In this document: one piece after another, positions 49,488 through 58,054 of the stretch
Numbering within the stretch: position 1 is the stretch's first letter
Layout: each line of letters begins with the position of its first letter
IMG/VR virus record: IMGVR_UViG_3300026521_000527
Coordinates: 32,001 to 96,000 of that record
Length of the DNA: 64,000 nucleotides
Source: a virus
Direction: 5' to 3' (one strand)
Position numbers and translations under genes: made by a program
Notes under the pieces: model-generated
Told to the model about the DNA's origin: nothing
The model's input: the letters and a program-made list of their open reading frames with translations, nothing else
Databases searched by the model: none

Positions 49488-49557
49488 GATATGTTGGTTT
49501 ATAAACCAACATATCTTCCGAAGGAATAAAATTCCTTGTTATAAACCAACATAGCCT
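49471..49557. other. Nested multi-hairpin intergenic element
   Basis: Outer aggctatgttggtt/aaccaacatagcct; inner 32-bp palindrome aagatatgttggttta|taaaccaacatatctt (49486-49517); aaggaat-aaa-attcctt. Confidence 0.85.
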
Positions 49558-50127
49558 CTAAATTTTATTATTATTTTCTGCTTTAAATTTCGCTTTCTGT
49601 GTTTCATCAGCCAATGTTTTTAATTGACCGGCCAATCCTATCGCATGCCATTTTTCAAGAGCTAAAGTAATTTTAGCATTACCTTTATATGATAAAAATA
49701 TTTTAATTTTATTATTATTACCCATTGCTGCGCCGACGGAAACCTGTTTAGTTTGACCTTGGCCTGCTGCAGTTCCTGCAAATTTTGAACTATCAGTAAA
49801 TACCATAAAATCACATTTTTGATAAACAGCAGCTTGTATTAGTGCCTCACTAAGCGCATATAAATCACGGATACTTATTTTTTGAGTTTCTTTTCTTGAT
49901 TGATCATAAGTCCTTCCAGATGCTTTTGATTGATCAGGAACTCCAGGTACAAACATTAAAAAAGCATTCGCTGTAGGAAATTCTTTTGCTTTATCAATAA
50001 AACCAGTTGCTTCAAATAATTGAGTTGCTGGAAAATTAACTCTACCAACGACTTCAATTGAAGAAGCTTGTGGTGCTTGTGGTGCTTGTGGTGCTTGTGG
50101 TGCTTGTGGTGCTTGTGGTGTATTCAT
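49558..50127 (-). CDS. Putative Whirly-fold ssDNA-binding protein with N-terminal (PQA)6
   Basis: FLMFVPG...GRTYDQSRKETQKISIRDLYAL...FTD...KQVSV...IFLSY...ITLAL recalls Whirly LLLQFAPA...RQYDWSRKQVFSLSVTEIGSL...FHDP...KVLKV. Confidence 0.55.
   Translation of the reverse strand: MNTPQAPQAPQAPQAPQAPQASSIEVVGRVNFPATQLFEATGFIDKAKEFPTANAFLMFVPGVPDQSKASGRTYDQSRKETQKISIRDLYALSEALIQAAVYQKCDFMVFTDSSKFAGTAAGQGQTKQVSVGAAMGNNNKIKIFLSYKGNAKITLALEKWHAIGLAGQLKTLADETQKAKFKAENNNKI
50066..50119. repeat. Tandem repeat (gcttgtggt) x6
   Basis: Counted directly; encodes PQA x6. Confidence 0.95.
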
Positions 50128-50139
50128 ATTAATCTCCTG

Positions 50140-50571
50140 TTAAAATAAATCATCAGCTGACACATCATCATCAACTGATAGTCCAAAATCATCTTGTGAT
50201 TCATCTTCAAACATTTCGCCAAGAACTGAGTGCCCAGTCACTTTACTCATATAAATTCTTGGCTTATCATCCTTAAATTTATCTATATATTTTTCTAAAT
50301 CCTCAAGGAACATTTCTTTTGATTCTTGTATTAATTTATCTCCTTCTATTGTATTTGGGATTGGTAGTGTTACATATTTATAATCTAATTTATCCGCCAT
50401 TTTATTGAGTAGACCAAGACTTGGTCTACTCTTTCGACCAAGCATAAAAAATCTATAACCCGAATAATTAGAAGGTAACCCAATATCTTTTAAGAATTTG
50501 GCACCGACTGGAATCTTTTCGAAAATTTTCTTTAATGAATGAAGAAAATGATCATCTATTATAATACTCAT
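50140..50571 (-). CDS. Hypothetical protein, possible HTH with acidic tail
   Basis: RPSLGLLNKMADKL resembles the end of a Cro/Xre HTH; tail DDFGLSVDDDVSADDLF. Confidence 0.6.
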   Translation of the reverse strand: MSIIIDDHFLHSLKKIFEKIPVGAKFLKDIGLPSNYSGYRFFMLGRKSRPSLGLLNKMADKLDYKYVTLPIPNTIEGDKLIQESKEMFLEDLEKYIDKFKDDKPRIYMSKVTGHSVLGEMFEDESQDDFGLSVDDDVSADDLF

Positions 50572-50588
50572 GTTTAACCTTTTAAAAT

Positions 50589-53210
50589 TTATACTTTATT
50601 AAATTCTGGATCTACACCTTTTGCTTGTAGAAATCTATCTAAATCTTTCACATAACTTTTTGCTCCAGTATAAGAATAATAATGCATATTTGCTCGCATG
50701 TTTTTTTCCCGAGATGATGAAACATTACCGTCGTCACTCGATTGTGACGCATGAATTATATCAAGTGCTCCTTTTGCGCCCTGTTGCCAAGCCATATACA
50801 CATTTCTTAAATTCGCAGGTAATCCATGATTATTTAGATATTTAATAATGTACTTTTCGCGTTCAGCGCACATTCTATCCTGATTCTCCGGAGTCCATAT
50901 TTCAGGACTATTTGGATCCAATCCAATTTTTTTAGCGTACTCGTTTGCAGTACCATCTAAAAATTGATACGCTCCTCTAGCACCTGTTGTTGGATTTATC
51001 GCTTCGTATCCTTCAGGAACATTACCCGCAAGTCCAGTTGATTCAACTTTAGCAATTTCCGCACAATAAACTCCAGCTGATATTTTATCTAGAGTTTTTG
51101 ATGAACCATTACCTTCAATTCTAAAAGCTCCAGCAAATTGCTTATCCCAATATGCTACACGATTACCTCCTTTACCAGTAGTGTATCTTTTTTCAATACT
51201 TGCTCCTTTACATGGATTTGATTTGGTACAAGAACTTGCTGGACGATATGGAGTAACTCTAGAACTACTTGCCATAACTTCAGTTTGACTTTTAGCAATC
51301 CCAACATGATGCACTCGATTAATATCAGCAGTTGTAGATAAAAATATAATATCTCCAGCTTGAACTTCATCATAATCTATTGGGGACGCATATCGTCTAC
51401 ACCAATCTGCTTGTGCCTGCGAACCTTTTGGAAAAGCATCTTTTGACATTCTCCCACCATATTTTTTTAAACCAGTTGCTAAACACACAGAGGTCATTAC
51501 AAAACCACTACAATCATACCATCCAGATTCAGCACCACCCCAAAGATATCTAAATCCTTTTTTAATTAAGGCTTCCGCTGTTTTAGCAATATCATTTGAT
51601 GTTCCTTTTATATTCAATTGCCCATTATAAGGAGAACCAGCACCATATATAACACCATTTATAGAAACACTTCCAGTTGATGGATTAATAGTTTCTATTA
51701 TATTATTCTTTAATTTGGATATCTGTTTAGAAATATCTAGAAGTATATTGGTATCTTGAGGTTCAACATTCTCAGTCATTAAGAACTCAATCTTAGCTTT
51801 ACATTTAAATGTTTTTTGATTATCTTCATTATTAGTCTCGCTTTCAAAGAATGAAATAGTTTCGACTACAGTTGGTGTGAAAACCCACTCAATTCTATAA
51901 GCAGGCCCTTTTCTAGCATTTTCAATAACAGTATTATCTTCACTAATAAATTTATCTTTAAAAAGGGCTTTTTTTATATCCAAATGTCCCCAGGCAATAT
52001 TATCCACTTCATAAGTTTCATAATTAGGGTTCATTTCATAATACTTTCTAAAATAACTTAATTGTTTAATTAAATCATTCTCAGATAAAAAAGAATATAT
52101 TCTTTTTACTTTTGGGTTAGGAATTTGCTTAACTTGTAGATGATCCCCACATGAAATATACTTTTCAGTGATTTTATTAATTGATGTTGAATCAATTATG
52201 GTTGGTACATTATCCGATGTCTGGACTAATTGAATTAAAGGATCTTTTGAATTAGATTCAAATTTTAATTTATCAAAATATGGTCTATCCTCTATTTTAC
52301 TGATTTTAAAATATCTAGCTTCGTCCAAATATGTTTGATGTCTAGGTCTAATCAAAGGTGTAAGAAATTTATCTTCTTCCCATGACCGAGGAATATAAAA
52401 ATCAGTTACAATTAGCTCTGTTGAGTTTTTTGAATTTAATGGCAAATCATCTTGAATCCAATTAAAAGGCGTAAGATATGGAGGGTAATTTTTAAAAAAT
52501 TCTTCTAGAATTTTAAAATTATTATCTGATTTAAATACATAACCGCTTGTTGGAATAGAGGTTGATATTGTTTTTAAATCGGTTGAACTATCATTCATGT
52601 AAATAAGATGAGTTGAGTTCGAACTCAACTCATCTGAATTTTCTATATAATCACCATAACCTTCGGTTCCCATTTTAGGAGATACTTTTGAACCATAATT
52701 AGTGTATGTTTCTAAAAATATTTGCTCTATGTGTCCGAGCAAAAATATACGTGGATTTGATTTACCATATTTAAGACTGGTTTGACTAGTAAACCCAAAA
52801 TTATTTTCAAGAAGCATTCTTCCAAGAGTCCAAGATATAAGTCTTAAGTTCACAGAGTATAAATTATTTCCACCAATTCTTTTCGTTTCAATTTTTCCCA
52901 TCTCCTCAATTTTAAAAACATTACTACTTGATGAAAGATTCGTGGTATCTGTATTGTCTTTTTCATGAATATAACCAGATGTTATTGTAATTGATATTGA
53001 ACACCCACCGGATGTAATTATATTTAACTGATCTATAGTTAATAATTTTAATTCTAGATATAGTTCAGTTTTATGAGATTCATAAGACTTTAAAACTCTA
53101 AGTTCATTGATGTTGTAATGAGTTAAATCAAACTCTTTTATTTGGCCATTTTCTTTTGAATCTATAACTTCATGAATCTTAATTTTCAGATCATTAAAAT
53201 AGGCTTGCAT
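50589..53210 (-). CDS. Baseplate hub / tail-associated lysin with NlpC/P60 and lytic transglycosylase-like domains
   Basis: YLWGG...YDCSGFV...AGDIIFL...HHVGI (NlpC/P60); IAKVES...ARGAYQFLDGT...AWQQG (SLT/lysozyme-like); long N-terminal hub-like region. Confidence 0.75.
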   Translation of the reverse strand: MQAYFNDLKIKIHEVIDSKENGQIKEFDLTHYNINELRVLKSYESHKTELYLELKLLTIDQLNIITSGGCSISITITSGYIHEKDNTDTTNLSSSSNVFKIEEMGKIETKRIGGNNLYSVNLRLISWTLGRMLLENNFGFTSQTSLKYGKSNPRIFLLGHIEQIFLETYTNYGSKVSPKMGTEGYGDYIENSDELSSNSTHLIYMNDSSTDLKTISTSIPTSGYVFKSDNNFKILEEFFKNYPPYLTPFNWIQDDLPLNSKNSTELIVTDFYIPRSWEEDKFLTPLIRPRHQTYLDEARYFKISKIEDRPYFDKLKFESNSKDPLIQLVQTSDNVPTIIDSTSINKITEKYISCGDHLQVKQIPNPKVKRIYSFLSENDLIKQLSYFRKYYEMNPNYETYEVDNIAWGHLDIKKALFKDKFISEDNTVIENARKGPAYRIEWVFTPTVVETISFFESETNNEDNQKTFKCKAKIEFLMTENVEPQDTNILLDISKQISKLKNNIIETINPSTGSVSINGVIYGAGSPYNGQLNIKGTSNDIAKTAEALIKKGFRYLWGGAESGWYDCSGFVMTSVCLATGLKKYGGRMSKDAFPKGSQAQADWCRRYASPIDYDEVQAGDIIFLSTTADINRVHHVGIAKSQTEVMASSSRVTPYRPASSCTKSNPCKGASIEKRYTTGKGGNRVAYWDKQFAGAFRIEGNGSSKTLDKISAGVYCAEIAKVESTGLAGNVPEGYEAINPTTGARGAYQFLDGTANEYAKKIGLDPNSPEIWTPENQDRMCAEREKYIIKYLNNHGLPANLRNVYMAWQQGAKGALDIIHASQSSDDGNVSSSREKNMRANMHYYSYTGAKSYVKDLDRFLQAKGVDPEFNKV

Positions 53211-53222
53211 ATTAATTCACCT

Positions 53223-54053
53223 TTAATCTAATTGTCTATCTATATGAATCCTAGGGCTGTATGTTATACCAAGTGATAGTGCTTTTCTGCTAGTTGCATC
53301 CATTGATTTTTTCCAAACGGTGCTATCTTTATCCAGAGGATCATTTGGTGTAAACGGCATTAAGATTATATTTTTTTTTGGAACATTTAATTCCTCAGTC
53401 AGATATTTTATAAACATCTGAGTAGTATTAAATGAAATTGATTCATCAGTGTAATCATAAATAAATTTATAGAATACATTATATTGACGAAGATATGAGT
53501 TTATATTATTAAAAACATTAAAGTACATAGCATTGACTTCAGCTTGAGTTAGTTGATCCTCATAACAACTGGTTGCGTTTATTTTTGGAGATATTGTTAA
53601 GGTTGGAGTTACTCCTAAATCATGAATAATTTCATTAAATGATTTTATTAAAGCCAAACAATTCTTTTCATCACTTAAAAGGTTTCCATTTGACTCAATT
53701 CCAAGGAATTCAAAATGTTTAAAATTTACCGAGTCTGCAGTTCTAAATATATCTGGAAACCACTCCATAAAATGTAATGGTTCACCACCAGTGATCGTTA
53801 ATCTCTCAGGAGATACTTTTTCAAGTTCTTTTGCCATATCGATCATCAATTTACGGTCATCAAATGCTTTATATTGAGGAGCATCACCCCATGAGAATTT
53901 AGTATCACAGAAAGAACAAGCTGCCGAATAACAACCAGCTAACCTTAAATATAAACTAGGCTCTCCTATTGAATTTCCTTCACCTTCTAATGAAATAAAC
54001 CACTGAGATATTTTTGGAGCAATTACTGACTGGTTAAAATTTAATTCTTTCAT
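53223..54053 (-). CDS. queE: 7-carboxy-7-deazaguanine synthase (radical SAM)
   Basis: SLEGEG...LRLAGCYSAACSFCDT, TITGGEPL, IESNG, SPK, PRIH. Confidence 0.9.
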   Translation of the reverse strand: MKELNFNQSVIAPKISQWFISLEGEGNSIGEPSLYLRLAGCYSAACSFCDTKFSWGDAPQYKAFDDRKLMIDMAKELEKVSPERLTITGGEPLHFMEWFPDIFRTADSVNFKHFEFLGIESNGNLLSDEKNCLALIKSFNEIIHDLGVTPTLTISPKINATSCYEDQLTQAEVNAMYFNVFNNINSYLRQYNVFYKFIYDYTDESISFNTTQMFIKYLTEELNVPKKNIILMPFTPNDPLDKDSTVWKKSMDATSRKALSLGITYSPRIHIDRQLD

Positions 54054-54093
54054 ATTTTTCCTTTTATATTATTATTTAATTTATTTAAAAAAT

Positions 54094-54127
54094 GATTAAT
54101 GAGTGAGTCTAGACTCACTCATTAATC
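54094..54127 (-). terminator. 34-bp perfect palindrome overlapping the stop of the Pol exonuclease gene; T-run follows on the minus strand
   Basis: gattaatgagtgagtct|agactcactcattaatc followed by atttttt on the minus strand. Confidence 0.75.
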
Positions 54128-55162
54128 CAATAAAGGAAAGAATATTTCCCTATTGAATTTTTTGACACGAGTTATTTTAGACTGTTTTGTATAAATTAAA
54201 TTATTTCTATAACTATACATTCTGCTTCTTCCAGAGACTGCCGCACTCATTGGACTTGTATTATATTTAGTCAACATCCAAACCTGCTCCATAAATTCTA
54301 ATTTTTCATCAATTTTAAATGTCAAAATAGTATCTAGAAGGTTGTATGTTAAAAATCGAACTATGTTGTTTATGTACTCATAATTCATATCCTCCAAATC
54401 CAATTTTGTAATTCCAAGTTCTTGCATTGCTACAGTACCCAATTTATAATTTGGTAATGATGAACCGAGACCGCTTCCACCTTGATCAACTGGTTTATAT
54501 AATTTTAATAGATCAATTAATAGATAATCCGGCCAATCATAATTATTATCTGAGAATTTATGAACCTCATTAAATTCAGAAATAAAACTATAAATGCTAT
54601 CGCCTGCTAATCTATGTCCTCTGTTTACAACATAAGGGTCATCAAAAATACTACTATTAAACCCAATAAGAAAAAGAGGATTATTACTCCGAGTATCTAA
54701 GAAGAACTCTTTTAAGAGTTCTTCTTCACTCTGAAATGTTCTAATTTCTAACTCCATTCCAGGAACTTCATAAACCGGATTTTCTTTAATTAATTCATTA
54801 TATAATTCTTGAACCCCAGTTTTTAATACACTTGCTTCTGTTATATTTGAATTATATGGTGTACAATAAATAATAGCTTTATTTAATAAGTTATTATACA
54901 CTGCAATTGAATTAACAGGATAGTCAACTCTTACCGCATCAGGAAATACCTCAGGATCATAATGAACCTCAATATCATAATATGACTTATTAAGTGTTTT
55001 TTTGACTGGATCGCTCTCCTTAAACTTAGTCATGAAATCTTGAAATTCACTCTCATCTGGGCTCAATTCTAGATTATAAAACTGGTGAAATTTTAATTCA
55101 CCAGTTTTAAGTGACTGCATCATCTTATAAAGATCGCCAGAATTTAATTTATATTTATCCAT
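54122..55162 (-). CDS. Family B DNA polymerase, 3'-5' exonuclease fragment
   Basis: ExoI YYDIEV, ExoII IGFNSSIFDDPYV, IDLLKLYK...NYKLGTVA..ELG, ExoIII YNLLDT; no polymerase motifs. Confidence 0.9.
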   Translation of the reverse strand: MDKYKLNSGDLYKMMQSLKTGELKFHQFYNLELSPDESEFQDFMTKFKESDPVKKTLNKSYYDIEVHYDPEVFPDAVRVDYPVNSIAVYNNLLNKAIIYCTPYNSNITEASVLKTGVQELYNELIKENPVYEVPGMELEIRTFQSEEELLKEFFLDTRSNNPLFLIGFNSSIFDDPYVVNRGHRLAGDSIYSFISEFNEVHKFSDNNYDWPDYLLIDLLKLYKPVDQGGSGLGSSLPNYKLGTVAMQELGITKLDLEDMNYEYINNIVRFLTYNLLDTILTFKIDEKLEFMEQVWMLTKYNTSPMSAAVSGRSRMYSYRNNLIYTKQSKITRVKKFNREIFFPLLD

Positions 55163-55176
55163 TTATATAAACTCTT

Positions 55177-55986
55177 CTAGAATAATTTATTTTTTAATTG
55201 AGTTATTTTTGACTCAATTGAAGTTATTAAATCATTAATCTCGTCATCTTTCGTATTTTTAAATTCGTCCAGAATATTTGGATGAACTTTAAGTATATTT
55301 TTTAAGGTTTTGGTGTAGCTGTATGATTTGGGACTCTTTTGAGTGCTTTGTAACTCATCATAAGAATATTTATCAACCAACTCAATATATAAGTCTGATG
55401 GTATTTCAATATCCCCGACAATAATATGAGTAGCCAGTCCTCGTTGACACATTTCATAAGCACCGAAATATAAATCATTACCCGATAATATATTATTGAT
55501 CTCATCGGAAGTTAATTGTGGAACCAACTCGTCTATTATATCAAAAGTTAATTTATTATAATATTCAGTATATGAAGTAATCACTTGTCCTCTTCCAGAT
55601 ACAGTTGATTTATAATTATGAAACATTAATGTACTTGATTCATATATTACTCTTTTTTCTCCAATCATGAAGATATATGCTGCCGCGCTCATCGCCTCCG
55701 GATTAATTTTAGTAATTATTCTTGCACCAGTGTTTTGGAACTCATTTATCAATCTATATGCTTCATCCATATAACCCCCAGGCGAAGCAAGATTTAACTC
55801 AATTATATCTTTAGATTGTATTTCTTTAATATTTTTAATTATATTAAATAAACTAACTCTTGACCCCTCAAGCTCATGAATATAAAAGGAGTGAATTTTT
55901 ACATCATGATTTTGAATTAAGCCAATGTTATTTTGATTATAGCTATGAAAACACTCTTTATCAGAATATGTATCTTTTCTCGCCAT
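55177..55986 (-). CDS. ClpP-like (S14) serine protease
   Basis: LNLASPGG, AMSAAAYIF (Ser), LMFHN (His), DLYFGA..GLA. Confidence 0.8.
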   Translation of the reverse strand: MARKDTYSDKECFHSYNQNNIGLIQNHDVKIHSFYIHELEGSRVSLFNIIKNIKEIQSKDIIELNLASPGGYMDEAYRLINEFQNTGARIITKINPEAMSAAAYIFMIGEKRVIYESSTLMFHNYKSTVSGRGQVITSYTEYYNKLTFDIIDELVPQLTSDEINNILSGNDLYFGAYEMCQRGLATHIIVGDIEIPSDLYIELVDKYSYDELQSTQKSPKSYSYTKTLKNILKVHPNILDEFKNTKDDEINDLITSIESKITQLKNKLF

Positions 55987-55990
55987 ATTT

Positions 55991-56497
55991 TTAATCCTTT
56001 ATTAAATCTTGAATTGCTGACGCCAGATCTCTTATCTCCCATAAAGCATCTTTAGAAGTTCTAAGCTTAATAAAATTATCTAGTTTGTCGTGACTAATTG
56101 TCATAGTTAAAGTTGTTTTGTAACTCTCAGGTAAAGCGTATTTAATTTTATCATTGGATTTATTTTGAAGAATTAATTTTCTGACATTTTCGAGTGCCGA
56201 AATACTGGCTCGATCAATTTCAACATCTCCTGTCATAACTAGATATTTTTCAGCCCTGATAAAATCATCTGGTTTCTTTTTTTTAAATTTATCTTCCATC
56301 TTCAATTCTTTTAAAGTATATCTGGTTGATTTTACACTGAAGACAGCTTCATGCCTAACTATCTCTTGCAGACATCCTCTAGAAATACCCTCAATAAAAA
56401 AAGTGTAAAATCCAAAATTAGATGAGTCATCACCTATAAAATGTTTTAATGTTATTTTCATTCTATTCTCCCTCAAAATATTCTTTATATAATTCAT
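55991..56497 (-). CDS. thyX: Flavin-dependent thymidylate synthase, catalytic-core fragment (true start probably 56461)
   Basis: YTFFIEGISRGCLQEIVRH..FSVKSTRY, KYALPESYKT, NFIKLR, ALWEIRDLA; lacks the N-terminal RTC/H.S..H segment. Confidence 0.8.
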   Translation of the reverse strand: MNYIKNILRENRMKITLKHFIGDDSSNFGFYTFFIEGISRGCLQEIVRHEAVFSVKSTRYTLKELKMEDKFKKKKPDDFIRAEKYLVMTGDVEIDRASISALENVRKLILQNKSNDKIKYALPESYKTTLTMTISHDKLDNFIKLRTSKDALWEIRDLASAIQDLIKD

Positions 56498-57053
56498 CTA
56501 TTTTCTTTTCGATTGGAAACACACCAACTTTACCAAATAATATTACAGTACCATCAACAACTTCTATTTTTTTATCATTTGAGTCAGTAATAACTCCACT
56601 TTCATAAAAATTATATTTATTTCCTTCTATGTCAATTATTTTTTTATTTATCAATAATTGAATAATTTCAGAATAATCATATAAATCTACAATTAAATCC
56701 CCTAAAATTTTTTTATTTTGGTATAATGTTCTTGCATTTATGACACCAACTTTCGTCGATTGATTATAAAAACTATACTGATCGGTTTTTAAGAACTCAA
56801 TTATACTTTTTTGAGCTGCATTAATAGATGGGTTATTATATGAACTATCTATATTTAATTTAAAAATTATATTCAGATGAGCAAGTATAGAGAAATGTTT
56901 AAATTTTTTACCAACTCTTACAATGAGTTTTTTATCACTCTCTCCTATGGTATCACATACAGAATCAGATTTTGAAAAACTATCCCAACATGTTCTTGTG
57001 GCATTAGCCGCAACAATCAAAGGTGTCTCTTTTAATAGTGTAAAATTTTTCAT
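56463..57053 (-). CDS. ThyX N-terminal segment fused to an unrelated C-terminal region
   Basis: TPLIVAANATRTCWDS...DKKLIVRVGKKFKHFSILAHLNIIF matches the N-terminus of Campylobacterota-type ThyX as I recall it. Confidence 0.7.
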   Translation of the reverse strand: MKNFTLLKETPLIVAANATRTCWDSFSKSDSVCDTIGESDKKLIVRVGKKFKHFSILAHLNIIFKLNIDSSYNNPSINAAQKSIIEFLKTDQYSFYNQSTKVGVINARTLYQNKKILGDLIVDLYDYSEIIQLLINKKIIDIEGNKYNFYESGVITDSNDKKIEVVDGTVILFGKVGVFPIEKKIDELYKEYFEGE

Positions 57054-57073
57054 CTATTTCCTTTTTATTTTTA

Positions 57074-58054
57074 TTATGAATTACGATGCGACATAAACTC
57101 AATATTATTTCGCCTAGTTTCATCAGAAAATATCTTTTGAAACTGATCAATTTTTTTATCAAGATTAAATTCTATAATTGACTTTAAATCAAATTTAATA
57201 TCGATTTCTTTAAAAACCTCGAAAACATTTTTAATTTCATCATCGGTCATATCTACTGGGAATGAAATTGTTTTTAATTTATGATTAATATCCTCCTTTT
57301 GAATTTGGTATTTAGTCTTACTTGGATGTTCGTCATAATACTGCAATAATCTTGATGGGTTTATAATTAACTGAACTTGAAATAAACTCTCACCTGGCCG
57401 CAAAACATCCCTAAATAAATAATTATAGAGCATCGCACCAATTACTTGTGGAGGTACCTGTTTGTATTTATTATTAGACCATTTTTTCGGTATACCAAAG
57501 TCAGTAAAATGTTTCTGTTGAACTGATTTTATAATTCTATTTAAGTATTTTTTATAAATTCTTCCATATATCTCTTTATAAAGAGTATCTTCATCCTGAA
57601 TTGATAAATCAAGGAGTACTTTTTTATAAATTTCAGTCAATAAATCAAAAACTATTCGAGTACTATCAGACTTAAGAATTTGACCACCTGTTTTCTTAAG
57701 AGCTAAATTTTCAAATAATTTTCCTTCATCATACATCTTTGCCATTCCGTAATTTTTTTTAGTATTATACATTGCCCGTGCGGCGATAATCTCACTCTTA
57801 AAAAACATATGATTATATTTTGGATTAACATTACCAAATTTTTCGACGGTTTCTGTAAAAATATCCCGATATATTTTATTAATATCCTCGGCCATATCCA
57901 GACAAAATTTTACGGTCCTATTTAAATCATCCAATTTATTAAATGGTATTTTAGACTGGGAGTAAGATGAATCTGTATCCCCATATAAAGACCATTCACT
58001 GAAGTCAATTGTTTCAATAAACCCAGGTTGTATTAAGTTATTTAAAACATTCAA
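57074..58054 (-). CDS. Family B DNA polymerase, C-terminal fragment (motif C and thumb)
   Basis: LYGDTDSSY, FKSEII, KKNYG, KTGGQILKSD. Confidence 0.9.
   Translation of the reverse strand: MNVLNNLIQPGFIETIDFSEWSLYGDTDSSYSQSKIPFNKLDDLNRTVKFCLDMAEDINKIYRDIFTETVEKFGNVNPKYNHMFFKSEIIAARAMYNTKKNYGMAKMYDEGKLFENLALKKTGGQILKSDSTRIVFDLLTEIYKKVLLDLSIQDEDTLYKEIYGRIYKKYLNRIIKSVQQKHFTDFGIPKKWSNNKYKQVPPQVIGAMLYNYLFRDVLRPGESLFQVQLIINPSRLLQYYDEHPSKTKYQIQKEDINHKLKTISFPVDMTDDEIKNVFEVFKEIDIKFDLKSIIEFNLDKKIDQFQKIFSDETRRNNIEFMSHRNS

Noticed and set aside
35101-58054. Split inteins joining the PolB fragments
   Set aside because: No Cys-initiated intein block A at the ends of the upstream fragments and no HN-C/S/T junction at the starts of the downstream ones.
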